64,000 nucleotides of DNA from Candidatus Kerfeldbacteria bacterium (lineage in GTDB: Bacteria > Patescibacteriota > Patescibacteriia > SBBC01 > CAIJZX01). The notes beneath the pieces are model-generated. The model was not told the DNA's origin and ran no database searches. It saw only the letters and a list, made by a program, of their open reading frames with translations. Position 1 is the stretch's first letter, and each line of letters opens with the position of its first letter. A program made the position numbers and the translations under genes. The stretch spans positions 2,100 to 66,099 of the forward strand of contig CAIJZX010000016.1 of assembly GCA_903825245.1 (NCBI GenBank), read 5' to 3'. Positions 30,252-39,698 of the stretch are shown in pieces.

Positions 30252-30749
30252 CTACGTAGATGTCCGTTCAGCGATCCTAGTTTTTGCTTCAGCCAGCAGT
30301 TTCGCTTCCAATTGACGGAACAGGCGGCGCATGACCAGGAATGCTTCATGATGGGGCGGTGGACCAGCCGGGATACAATACAGCTTGCTTCCTCCTCCCA
30401 TCCACATTCCGATGTGCGTTTGTCCGATGGCTTCGGGCACTTCCATCCGATCAACGCGAACCACATGCGTCAATTTTCTCTCCGTAACATCGAAGACGAC
30501 GCCGTGTCCGGATTCCGGAATGAACTCAATCCAGTTCAGCCAACCGTCCTTTTCCAAATGCCGACGAATGCTCCGAAGCCTCTGATCGGTCTGATCGTTG
30601 CCGATTGTTCCTGGCTGGACGATCATCTGTTGCACCAGCATCGCAAGCGCCACATCGCGACCGACGATAACACTCGCCGCTGCTAGTCCTTCAACGCCCC
30701 ACCGTTGAATCAACCTGCCGGCCGAAAACAAATTCCGTGTGGTAATCAT
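30252..30749 (-). CDS. Hypothetical protein (165 aa)
   Basis: AAGGAGG SD before ATG 30749, TTGACA-N17-TAAGGT promoter at 30806-30778. Confidence 0.65.
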   Translation of the reverse strand: MITTRNLFSAGRLIQRWGVEGLAAASVIVGRDVALAMLVQQMIVQPGTIGNDQTDQRLRSIRRHLEKDGWLNWIEFIPESGHGVVFDVTERKLTHVVRVDRMEVPEAIGQTHIGMWMGGGSKLYCIPAGPPPHHEAFLVMRRLFRQLEAKLLAEAKTRIAERTST

Positions 30750-31067
30750 GCTACCTCCTTGGGAAAGAACCGCGGCAACCTTAGTACAGGCGCCTCGGAC
30801 TGTCAATAACGAAACAGCGAGTGTTACTGCTTCCCTTCGCGTTTCCGCACGTTGGCGTCGTGTTAGTACTTTCTGCAACGAATATTGTACATTCATTACA
30901 AGTTGAAGATTAACGCGACTACGCCCGACTCCGTGTTTGTTGGCAGTGTTTTTGTTTTGCTTTTCCAGCACAACTAGCCTTGACAGCATACTCAACCCAT
31001 GTTTGAATGGGCAACTCCTGTCTTAAGGAGCGTTGCTCTTCACAATACTCACCACTATGGAGGTCGA

Positions 31068-31805
31068 ATGTTCCCACTCAACGTGGCTCTCATCGAGGAG
31101 CGCCTCGGGCTGAGCTTCAGCCGTCCAGAGTACTGGCACTATGTATTCTTCGATGAGGCGGCGGATGGCACACCCCCTCCAACTCACCTGGGACAGCAGG
31201 TACTCGCCTACCGAGGTGATAAGGTCATCGATCTGGTCATCGCCGACCACTTCGTAGAACACTACCCGGACCACCGCGATCAGCATGGGCTGTGGCGCAG
31301 TGGCCTCGCCAGCAATGCCGCCTTTCACAAAATCTTGGAGGACCGTGGCGTCCTGATGATCGTTCGACAAACCCAGCACCAACGGGTATTGCTGGGAATC
31401 AAACACGGCGGCACGATGTTCGAAGCCATGATCGCCGTTCTCTATACTGAACATGGACTGGAGTTCGTGCGAACGTATCTGCACCAGACACTGCTGCCCT
31501 GCATCCCGGACGTCATCACGAACGCCTGGAATGAATTCCCGGCCATGCGGTTGAACGCCCTTTGTGCGCGCCATTTTCGAGCCTCACCTGATTTCCAGTC
31601 ACTCGGCTTGGCTGGTAGTCGGCAACGGCAAGCCTTCGCTGTCCGTCTGACGATTTCCGGAGTACTGAAAATCGACGGCTACGGACGAAATCCAGAAGCT
31701 GCCAAGGCACGCGCCATCAGTGACGCCTTCGACATCCTCCGCCGGCGCGGTATTGACGTCAATGCTCAACCGCAGATCGTCCTAGCGATGAACCGCACTT
31801 CGTAA
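31068..31805 (+). CDS. Divergent RNase III-family protein (nuclease domain plus dsRBD)
   Basis: 'IEERLGLSF', 'LAYRGDKVIDLVIADHF', 'SGLASN', 'MFEAMIAVLY..HG', dsRBD 'F.VRLTI...GYGRN..AAKARA'; GGAGG SD. Confidence 0.75.
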   Translation: MFPLNVALIEERLGLSFSRPEYWHYVFFDEAADGTPPPTHLGQQVLAYRGDKVIDLVIADHFVEHYPDHRDQHGLWRSGLASNAAFHKILEDRGVLMIVRQTQHQRVLLGIKHGGTMFEAMIAVLYTEHGLEFVRTYLHQTLLPCIPDVITNAWNEFPAMRLNALCARHFRASPDFQSLGLAGSRQRQAFAVRLTISGVLKIDGYGRNPEAAKARAISDAFDILRRRGIDVNAQPQIVLAMNRTS

Positions 31806-31827
31806 CCCGAGGTGCTTTTTTCTTCGC

Positions 31828-33645
31828 TTAGTTTTTCCCTTCGCGTTTCCGCAAGTTAGCATCGAGCTGTCGTTTGCGAATGCGTACCGAAGCTGGTGTC
31901 ACTTCCACAAATTCATCAGCGCCGATATATTCCAGAGCTAATTCCAGTGACATCGTTTTCGGCGGTGCTAATAAAATCGCGGCATCAGAGGCCTTCGAAC
32001 GCATGTTCGATAACTTCTTTTCTTTACAGACATTAATTTCCATATCCTCATCGCGAGAATTTTGGCCGATGACCATGCCAGCGTAGACTTCGACACCTGG
32101 AGCAATAAACAACGTTCCTCGTTCCTGTGCCGTATCAAGGGCGTAACCAGTACTGGCGCCGTTTTCAAAAGCAATCAATGAGCCGTGGGTATTGGCGTTA
32201 ATCAAGTCTGGTTGATACGGTTCGTACTTATTGAATAGGTGATTGACGATCGCCTGGCCGCGACACTTCGTCATCAACGCTGATTTCAAACCAATCACGC
32301 CGCGCGTCGGCATATCATATTCGATATGAAGTTCGCCGGTCGGCGTGGTGTCGATCGAGAGTAAACTTCCCTTACGAACACCGCACTCTTCGATAATCAT
32401 GCCCTGAAATTCACCCGGCACGTCAATCGAGACGAGTTCGTACGGTTCCATTTTAACACCGTCTTTTTCGTGCATGATGACTTGCGGTTGCGAGACTTGC
32501 AATTCAAAACCTTCGCGTCGCATCTGCTCGATTAACACTGCTAAGTGCAATTCGCCGCGACCGGAGACGAGGAAGCTGTTTTCATTTTCCGTTTCTTCAA
32601 CGCGCAGCGCCACGTTCGTTTCCAATTCTTTCATTAAGCGAGCTTGAATCTGCCGTGATGTCACCAACTTGCCTTCATTACCGGCAAACGGCGATGTGCT
32701 AACACCAAACGTCATTTGGACAGTCGGCTGGTCGACTTCGACCGGTGGCAACTGCTTCGGATTTTCTGCGTCAGCAATCGTTTCGCCGATAGCAATTTCA
32801 CCCAATCCAGCGACGGCCACAATTTCTCCGGCTTCAGCCGTTTCCACCACCACTTGTTTCAGACCTTCGTAGACCATAATATCCGTCACCTTGCCTTTGA
32901 CGATTTTTCCATCTGTTTTAATCTCAGCGACCGGTTGATTCTTTGAAATTTTCCCGGCAGTAATTTTCCCGATACCCATCTTACCTTTGTAGTTGTCGTT
33001 CATTAACGCTAACACCAGTATCTGTAATGGTTCGCTGACGTTTACTTCCGGAGCGGGGACTTTGGCCACAATCGTTTCAAATAATGGCGTTAAATCGGTG
33101 CCTGGTTTTTCATGATCCAAGGTCGCGGTGCCAGCAATTGCCGACGCGTAAACGATAGAAAAATCGAGCTGTTCGTGCGTCGCATTCAAGTGTGAAAACA
33201 AATCAAAGGTTTTATTCACCGCTTCATCGGGATCGGCGTCCGGTTTATCGATTTTGTTAACGACAACAATCGCGTTCAAACCGAGTTCGAGTGCTTTTCG
33301 CAACACGAATTTCGTTTGCGGCATCGGACCTTCTTTCGCATCAACCAACAGCAAGACACCATCCACCATGCGGAGGATGCGTTCGACTTCACCACCGAAA
33401 TCCGCGTGGCCCGGCGTATCGACAATGTTGATCTTAATGTCGTTATAGACGATTGAGGCGTTTTTGGCACGAATAGTAATGCCGCGTTCGCGCTCCTGAT
33501 CCATCGAATCCATAATCCGCTCGCCCATTTGATCGAGGTTTCGAGCCGAGTGGGTTTGCTTCAACATGGCATCGACCAAGGTCGTTTTACCATGGTCAAC
33601 GTGGGCGATAATTGCAATATTGCGGATGTTATTTCTGCGTTCCAT
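31828..33645 (-). CDS. typA: Translational GTPase TypA/BipA
   Basis: '[19 protein letters not shown]', '[11 protein letters not shown]', '[14 protein letters not shown]', 'VSGRGELHL', 'EVTP.S.RIRK'. Confidence 0.97.
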   Translation of the reverse strand: MERRNNIRNIAIIAHVDHGKTTLVDAMLKQTHSARNLDQMGERIMDSMDQERERGITIRAKNASIVYNDIKINIVDTPGHADFGGEVERILRMVDGVLLLVDAKEGPMPQTKFVLRKALELGLNAIVVVNKIDKPDADPDEAVNKTFDLFSHLNATHEQLDFSIVYASAIAGTATLDHEKPGTDLTPLFETIVAKVPAPEVNVSEPLQILVLALMNDNYKGKMGIGKITAGKISKNQPVAEIKTDGKIVKGKVTDIMVYEGLKQVVVETAEAGEIVAVAGLGEIAIGETIADAENPKQLPPVEVDQPTVQMTFGVSTSPFAGNEGKLVTSRQIQARLMKELETNVALRVEETENENSFLVSGRGELHLAVLIEQMRREGFELQVSQPQVIMHEKDGVKMEPYELVSIDVPGEFQGMIIEECGVRKGSLLSIDTTPTGELHIEYDMPTRGVIGLKSALMTKCRGQAIVNHLFNKYEPYQPDLINANTHGSLIAFENGASTGYALDTAQERGTLFIAPGVEVYAGMVIGQNSRDEDMEINVCKEKKLSNMRSKASDAAILLAPPKTMSLELALEYIGADEFVEVTPASVRIRKRQLDANLRKREGKN

Positions 33646-33803
33646 ATAATGTGAAAATCGAAGACTGCGCTTCAGTTAAAAAATGCGCCAGTGGCGCCAC
33701 AACACTATACTCGAATGAGTGAATCCTGTCAACTGTCCGCCATAATACGGAGTAAAGAAAAAACCGACTGTTGAAAGTCGGCAATGAACATGCGTCTTGA
33801 AAG

Positions 33804-33989
33804 TTACCGGAACGTTACCGTGATGTTGTTACCAACACGTCGAAGCATTTGCGTCTTGCCCTGGCTATCAACAAAGGGGACTTGATTCAGGGATGTATCG
33901 GCACGAAGTCGGTCAAACGCCGCCCGGAACGATTCATTCTCTCGCAAGAGTTGTTTGACTTCTGTTGTCGAAAGCTTGGCCTGGGTCAT
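33804..33989 (-). CDS. Small hypothetical protein (MTQAKLSTTE...)
   Basis: GAGG SD, follows the 33997..34350 gene, terminator CCGACT...AGTCGG-T-run downstream. Confidence 0.55.
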   Translation of the reverse strand: MTQAKLSTTEVKQLLRENESFRAAFDRLRADTSLNQVPFVDSQGKTQMLRRVGNNITVTFR

Positions 33990-33996
33990 GAATTCC

Positions 33997-34350
33997 TCAT
34001 CGTGGTCTAACGTACGAATCTTCAGGCCGGGTACGATCGTGTAGTCCCAGAGACAATTGCTGTTCATTGCGCGGCTTCGGTGGCGGAAGGCCTTGCGCGC
34101 GCGGATTATAGCCGTTCTGAACCAGGAGTCGGTCCATCAATGTCGATCCTCTTCCATCGGCAATCGCATTCATCATACCGGCCAATTGCGCAACAGAATA
34201 TTGTCTGAGGTGTGCCTTGGAAATCCTGTCCCAGCGATTGTGCCAAATCCACACATACAACTGATCGACAAGAATTGACCGATGAATGACCCTGCGTACA
34301 CCAGGCTTTCGGAAATCACATATTCCGATCATACTCACTTCTCTCGGCAT
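33997..34350 (-). CDS. Hypothetical protein (117 aa)
   Basis: AAGGAGG SD, TTGACA-N17-TATGCT promoter at 34433-34405, boxA-like GCACCTTGAACAA. Confidence 0.62.
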   Translation of the reverse strand: MPREVSMIGICDFRKPGVRRVIHRSILVDQLYVWIWHNRWDRISKAHLRQYSVAQLAGMMNAIADGRGSTLMDRLLVQNGYNPRAQGLPPPKPRNEQQLSLGLHDRTRPEDSYVRPR

Positions 34351-34440
34351 GGCAAACCTCCTTGTTGGAGAACGCGTTGTTCAAGGTGCGTAAAGAACGC
34401 CGAGAGCATACGCCTGAGGCAAGCGACTGTCAATGCTCAA

Positions 34441-35301
34441 CTACGCCGCGTCGTGTGGACGAAGAATTCTTTCAAACCACAAAACAATCGCCAAGCCAAC
34501 TATCGCCACTATGCCGAAACGTCGCGCATACCACCAGCGATCGCGGTTGGTAATTTCCCGAACTTTCCAGCCGTCAATTTTTCCGACACTTGCTGCCTGT
34601 TCGTGAAAGACGATGGCTTCGGGAATGTACCAGGCCGTGACGCCGAGTTCTTCCGCTCGTTTGAACCATTCCGATTCTAGGCCGACGAATTGTAATGCCT
34701 CATTGAGGCCGCCGATTTCTTCCCACACCGATCGCGATGCAACAAGGCAACTGCTATTCAACACTGGCACGAGTTGCGGTTCAGCAGCCACACGAGTATC
34801 AAGCGAGTACATCAACTGCGGCGAAATCCACGACAGTGCCGGATGCCACGATCTTGGCCATGGCGAACCCTGGTGTTCAGCCGGACCCCAAATCGTTCGT
34901 TTCGATGTATGCGGATAGGCTGTAGTCAAAATATCGCCCTGCGGATCGCGTTGGCGCGGTCCGACAACGGTGCGCGGATGCTGGTCAACCCAAGCAATTA
35001 AACGATCGAGGCTATGCCCTTCAAAGAGCACGTCGGGATGGACGATACAAAGCGTCTCGCCAATCGCATGTTGTGTACCGAAATTCACGGCTTTGGTAAA
35101 GCCGATGTTCTGCGATTGTGGGAAATAGTGACCATGAAAACCGCTGGAATGTAAAATTTCCTTAGCGCCATCTTCCGGCGAGTTATCGACCACAATCACC
35201 TCTAATGATGCCTGGGTGGCGACATGGAGCGAACGCAAACAGTGTTCGAGTTCTTGACTCGAACGAAAGTTGACGATGATGATGGAGAGTTTTGGAGTCA
35301 T
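34441..35301 (-). CDS. Glycosyltransferase family 2
   Basis: 'LSIIIVNFRS', 'EVIVVDNS', 'NIGF..AVN.G', 'IVHPD', 'GGLNE'. Confidence 0.88.
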   Translation of the reverse strand: MTPKLSIIIVNFRSSQELEHCLRSLHVATQASLEVIVVDNSPEDGAKEILHSSGFHGHYFPQSQNIGFTKAVNFGTQHAIGETLCIVHPDVLFEGHSLDRLIAWVDQHPRTVVGPRQRDPQGDILTTAYPHTSKRTIWGPAEHQGSPWPRSWHPALSWISPQLMYSLDTRVAAEPQLVPVLNSSCLVASRSVWEEIGGLNEALQFVGLESEWFKRAEELGVTAWYIPEAIVFHEQAASVGKIDGWKVREITNRDRWWYARRFGIVAIVGLAIVLWFERILRPHDAA

Positions 35302-35717
35302 GATTGTGGAAAAGGATGGTAACCCTGCTGTAAAAGATTTCGAATCGGTAAAAATAACGGCCGAGGCAATTCTTCCCAAGCCACCCAGTGCCAGTTTTCA
35401 CTCTTGTCAGGCTCTGGAGTCGTAGGTTCACCCTCCAGACAGTCGGCAATTATAACTAATGTCACACAATGATGACCGACTTCAATGTTGATATCGTTGG
35501 TAAATGTCACCGCACGGACATTAGTAATAACCAAACCGGTTTCTTCCATCGTTTCACGCTGTGCGCAGTTTTCCGGCGTCTCATTCATTTCCAAGTGACC
35601 GCCGGGAAATTGCCATACTGGCGATCTTCCGCTTTTGCGCAAACCTATCAAGACCTGTCGATCACGACAGACGATGACACTAACGCCGACAGATGGACGT
35701 AACATTTGTTGCTCCAT
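35298..35717 (-). CDS. Nudix hydrolase (NUDT15/MutT-like)
   Basis: 'RPSVGV', Nudix box 'GGHLEMNETPENCAQRETMEETGL', 'EPDK...W.W'. Confidence 0.92.
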   Translation of the reverse strand: MEQQMLRPSVGVSVIVCRDRQVLIGLRKSGRSPVWQFPGGHLEMNETPENCAQRETMEETGLVITNVRAVTFTNDINIEVGHHCVTLVIIADCLEGEPTTPEPDKSENWHWVAWEELPRPLFLPIRNLLQQGYHPFPQS

Positions 35718-35756
35718 ACCAATAAGTATACTCCTAAATGAACAACTGGCGCCACC

Positions 35757-36269
35757 TCACAAGGAACGAACTGCATACTGAAACCCATTCAATGCCATGC
35801 CGTGTGTTTTTTTCTGTATATATTGTTGCAAACGATAAAATGACCACGCGTGCGCCATCAGACTAAACATCGCACACTTCGGCAACTGCCAAATACTTGG
35901 ATACTGTGTAAAACCAGCATCCTTTAACCAGGCAAGTACATGCGGATTACGCGATGACGACACTAGTAGCTGATTCGGCCTTGATGCTATGCCGATTTGT
36001 CGTTTGAATAATTCGCGGCCAATTCCTTGCGCACGAAAATCAGGATGAACATACAATGAACTCAAAATTGCACATGATTGTATGGGCTGATCAATCGTAC
36101 AAAATCCAGCCATCGTATTGTTTTTTGTAGCCACAATTACTTTTTTGGCATGCAAAATTTCTTGAGCACTCAGTCCGGTAATATCCGGCTCCTGCTTCAG
36201 CCACTTCTGGAATAGTTGCGCCTCAGCGGATGTCACTGATTCGCGAAACTCAATTTTTGTATTATCCAT
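35757..36269 (-). CDS. GNAT acetyltransferase
   Basis: 'SLYVHPDFRAQGIGRELF' acetyl-CoA motif; start may be 36284. Confidence 0.8.
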   Translation of the reverse strand: MDNTKIEFRESVTSAEAQLFQKWLKQEPDITGLSAQEILHAKKVIVATKNNTMAGFCTIDQPIQSCAILSSLYVHPDFRAQGIGRELFKRQIGIASRPNQLLVSSSRNPHVLAWLKDAGFTQYPSIWQLPKCAMFSLMAHAWSFYRLQQYIQKKTHGMALNGFQYAVRSL

Positions 36270-36720
36270 GATGTAGAAGTTCATAGACCGCTACACCCAT
36301 CGCGGTGGCTACATTGAGCGATTCTTTCTGGCCGAGCATCGGTATTTCAAGATGTGTATCGGCGTACTTTTGCAATGCCGGACTGACCCCTTTGACTTCG
36401 TTGCCGACAATCACTATCAATGGCCATTTCGGTTTCCAGGTAAACAAATTCTTCGCCTGTGATGTTTGTTCGAGAACGGCCACGTGATAACCAGTCTTCT
36501 TCATCTTTTTTAACCATGCCCCAGGCGTTTGTACGTATTCCCACGGAAACCATTCTTCAGCGCCGAGTGCGACTTTAGCGATGCCTTTGTGGGGCGGGTG
36601 AGCTGTATACCCACTCAGAACTATTTTAGTCACACCCGCCCCGTCAGCGGTGCGAAAAAATGAACCCACATTATACGTGGAACGAATGTTGTGAGCAAGA
36701 ACAATGAGCTTCTTTTTCAT
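36262..36720 (-). CDS. TrmH/SpoU-family RNA methyltransferase
   Basis: 'NIRSTYNVGSFFRTADG', 'KVALGAE', 'VGNEVKGV', 'EIPM.G.KESLNVA'. Confidence 0.92.
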   Translation of the reverse strand: MKKKLIVLAHNIRSTYNVGSFFRTADGAGVTKIVLSGYTAHPPHKGIAKVALGAEEWFPWEYVQTPGAWLKKMKKTGYHVAVLEQTSQAKNLFTWKPKWPLIVIVGNEVKGVSPALQKYADTHLEIPMLGQKESLNVATAMGVAVYELLHHG

Positions 36721-36722
36721 TG

Positions 36723-37127
36723 CTATCGCTTCAGGAAATCCTGTAGGAGTTTCGGTAGGTAATCAACGAGTGGGGATTGGTCGGGGTTCGCCGGATCAAC
36801 CCAGGTAAATGTCTCGTGTTCTGCCGGATTTAAACGAACATAACCACCAGGATGTTTGGCCAGAAAAATGAGACGAAGAAATTGAGTATTTTTTTCAGTA
36901 TCAATATTCGAGGTGAAAGAAAAAAGTTGTAAATCTTTAATGTTCAAGCTTGTCTCTTCTAGTGTTTCACGAATTGCCGCGGCCTGTGGGTCTTCGCCCG
37001 ACTCGCAGCTACCACCAGGTATATCCCAGATTAACGGTAAAACATCATTCTCTTTTGACCGTCGGAGAATTAACGCCCGACCTTGTTGGTCGTAAATAAA
37101 CGCGTGAGCAATAAGAGAAATGTTCAT
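36723..37127 (-). CDS. Nudix hydrolase
   Basis: 'WDIPGGSCESGEDPQAAAIRETLEETSL', 'EH..F.W'. Confidence 0.9.
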   Translation of the reverse strand: MNISLIAHAFIYDQQGRALILRRSKENDVLPLIWDIPGGSCESGEDPQAAAIRETLEETSLNIKDLQLFSFTSNIDTEKNTQFLRLIFLAKHPGGYVRLNPAEHETFTWVDPANPDQSPLVDYLPKLLQDFLKR

Positions 37128-37219
37128 ATCAGAAATAGTGTAGCATGATTTAAATTTTTCATGAACTGTGGTGCGTCATCCTAGTTGCCACTGTAGGTAA
37201 AAAAAGGTACACTATTAAT

Positions 37220-37855
37220 ATGGTACGAAAAAAGTATACTCCGTTAATAATCTTACCTGCTATTTGTATCTGTTTAGTAGCAGTACTTGTTTGGCCAAAA
37301 AAGAAAGCCCTAGCACCGACCGTGAACACCACTACAGTCACCAATACGGTTCAGCCAGTGGTCAACACGAATTCAGCACCAACGTCGTCAGTTATAACGT
37401 TTTCGACAGTTGATGTACCCGAACGCGATCCGGCTTTTGATTTTTCGATGCAATTACCAGATACCTGGCTGGTGGAATATCAACCGACGCCGAAGGCGAT
37501 TAACGTCTATGCGCCGAAGGGAACCGGCACCAGACTCGGCCAATCAACAGTCTTTATCCAGTACTATACTGGTACAACGTTTCAATTTCCGGCTCGTACG
37601 CTGGCGACGACAAAAAAATCATTCGTCTCAAGCGAACAATCGGTTTCATCCTACACGGAAAAAGCAGTGACAACGGTTGTCCCAACAAACTACCCAACCT
37701 GGTGGTCACAGCAGCATGAGGTGATTGATGTCCGGAGCGGATCCAGCGCGCCGTACACTTTTTTCGTTCTCCATTTTGCGCCGACGCTAGATTCTGCTAC
37801 AATCCAACAACTCTCCAACTCGTTCCACAACGGGTTGTACGCTCAACCAATGTAA
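37220..37855 (+). CDS. Hypothetical membrane-anchored extracytoplasmic protein
   Basis: N-terminal TM, T/N linker, 'FSMQLPDTW' PsbP-like motif. Confidence 0.6.
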   Translation: MVRKKYTPLIILPAICICLVAVLVWPKKKALAPTVNTTTVTNTVQPVVNTNSAPTSSVITFSTVDVPERDPAFDFSMQLPDTWLVEYQPTPKAINVYAPKGTGTRLGQSTVFIQYYTGTTFQFPARTLATTKKSFVSSEQSVSSYTEKAVTTVVPTNYPTWWSQQHEVIDVRSGSSAPYTFFVLHFAPTLDSATIQQLSNSFHNGLYAQPM

Positions 37856-37871
37856 TATTCATCGGCACTCT

Positions 37872-38534
37872 ATGGCAAACCCAACCACTTCGCCAAGAAT
37901 TATCGGTATTGTTGCCATTGCCGTCATTATCACCGCGGCGGTATTAATGATGACTGGATATAAACTCGGCGGTAATTCCAATACGAATGATAATGAAAAT
38001 TCCAACGTCAACACGAGCACAACAAATGTTTCATCAACTCAAACGCCAACCAACGTGAAAACCTATACGTTTCCGGGGAAACTCTCGGCCGATAAAATCC
38101 ACAACAAGCAAGCACGTATCGTAACCAACAAAGGAACGATTGTTTTTACGCTGGATGATGCGCAATCGCCGTTAGCGGTCAGTAGTTTTGTGTTCTTAGC
38201 TGAACAAGGATACTTCAATGGTTTGACCTGGCACCGGGTTTTACCAGATTTCGTTATCCAAGGCGGCGATCCGACAGGCACCGGTACGGGCGGTCCGGGG
38301 TACCAATTTCCTGATGAAACAGTGACCGGTGAATACACAATTGGTACGGTGGCGATGGCTAATGCCGGAGCGAATACCAATGGTTCGCAATTCTTTATCT
38401 GCAACGCCGATGATACGCAAAAACTGACTAAGAGCTATTCGATTTTTGGTCATGTTACCCAAGGACTTGATGTGGTCACAAAAATTGCTCAGGGCGATCT
38501 GATGCAGACGGTGACCATCGAACCAGCTTCCTAG
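37872..38534 (+). CDS. Membrane-anchored cyclophilin-type PPIase
   Basis: 'HRVLPDFVIQGGDPTGTGTGGPGY', 'VAMAN', 'NGSQFFI', 'IFGHV'. Confidence 0.94.
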   Translation: MANPTTSPRIIGIVAIAVIITAAVLMMTGYKLGGNSNTNDNENSNVNTSTTNVSSTQTPTNVKTYTFPGKLSADKIHNKQARIVTNKGTIVFTLDDAQSPLAVSSFVFLAEQGYFNGLTWHRVLPDFVIQGGDPTGTGTGGPGYQFPDETVTGEYTIGTVAMANAGANTNGSQFFICNADDTQKLTKSYSIFGHVTQGLDVVTKIAQGDLMQTVTIEPAS

Positions 38535-38535
38535 C

Positions 38536-38847
38536 ATGCAAATTGTTTGGGCTTCCGAAGTTGAGCAAAAATTGCGTGAACTCATTGCTGATGCCCCGAT
38601 AACATATCGCAAGTACTTTGATGCCGACGTCAAAAACGCCGCTCGGCTACAAGCGCAGCGTTTAGGTAAATCAGAAATTGATGAGGATGCGATGGTGCGC
38701 GGATTCATTACCTGTGTGCCGCGGCATTTGCGCGACGGGTTACAAGAGGTGCTCGGACAACATAATGTGGATTTACAATATTATTTACCAGTCTTCGATG
38801 AACCGAACCTGGTTCATAAAAGTATTGATAATCCAGCCGGGCAATAG
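38536..38847 (+). CDS. DUF2621-like small protein
   Basis: 'W......L.EL....P...R', 'I.ED..VRGFI...P' pattern recalled for DUF2621. Confidence 0.55.
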   Translation: MQIVWASEVEQKLRELIADAPITYRKYFDADVKNAARLQAQRLGKSEIDEDAMVRGFITCVPRHLRDGLQEVLGQHNVDLQYYLPVFDEPNLVHKSIDNPAGQ

Positions 38848-38911
38848 CAGGAATTGAGGGCTTGCCTAAATCGTTACCGTATGAGTGATCAATGGTATAC
38901 TGCTTGTACCT

Positions 38912-39691
38912 ATGACCTCGCGTCCTAAAAAAAGTGTAGCCAATCAATCAACTCTGTTTCCAGTACCCAAGAAGCCGGTCAAAGGCACACCAATAAAAGC
39001 TAGGAAAGCGAAAACTGTCCCACAGCGCGTACCGCCATTACCGGGAAAGAAAACGTGGTTGTCGGCGACGGCTATTGAGACCTCTCGGCGCTGTCCACGG
39101 TGTTTCTGGTTGCAGGTGAATTGTAAAATTTACCAACCGGAAGGTATCGTCTCGCGCCTGGCCAATCGGTTTGACGGTGTTATCAAACGCTACTTTGATT
39201 TATATCGCGGTACCGACGCGTTACCACCGATGGTGGCAGGACAACTTGATGGCCGTCTCGAATCGCCGTTCCAAGAAACATACTTTACCAATATCACTGA
39301 GCGATATGGATTTATGGGTAAGCTCGATGAATGCATTATTCGCGCTGATGGCCGATATACGCCAGTGGATCATAAAACTGCCAGCTCCGATCCGACCAAG
39401 CGCGAACTCATTCCGGCTTACCAATTTCAACTCGATAGCTACGCCTTTCTTCTCGAGCAAAATCGTAAACCGACCACCGGCATTGGTCACTTGATTTATT
39501 TTTATCCGGCCGAAGGCGAAAAACTGCATGACGGTTTTCCCATGCAGATAACGGTCAAAACATTAAGCACCGATCCAAGCCGGGTGAAACCACGCGTGCT
39601 AGAAGCAATCGCCGTTTTGGAAGGTTCATTGCCGATACCGTCACCGGAATGTCCGTTCTGTGCCTACGTAGCGACCGTTCAGGATTTTTAA
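38912..39691 (+). CDS. PD-(D/E)XK nuclease (Cas4/RecB-like, Cys cluster)
   Basis: 'LSAT..CPRCFW', 'GKLDE', 'VDHKT', 'QLDSYA.L', 'ECPFC'. Confidence 0.85.
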   Translation: MTSRPKKSVANQSTLFPVPKKPVKGTPIKARKAKTVPQRVPPLPGKKTWLSATAIETSRRCPRCFWLQVNCKIYQPEGIVSRLANRFDGVIKRYFDLYRGTDALPPMVAGQLDGRLESPFQETYFTNITERYGFMGKLDECIIRADGRYTPVDHKTASSDPTKRELIPAYQFQLDSYAFLLEQNRKPTTGIGHLIYFYPAEGEKLHDGFPMQITVKTLSTDPSRVKPRVLEAIAVLEGSLPIPSPECPFCAYVATVQDF

Positions 39692-39698
39692 ATTTCTT

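Noticed and set aside
38912-39691. Cas4-like nuclease suggesting a CRISPR locus
   Set aside because: No repeat-spacer array or other cas genes seen; stand-alone PD-(D/E)XK nucleases are common
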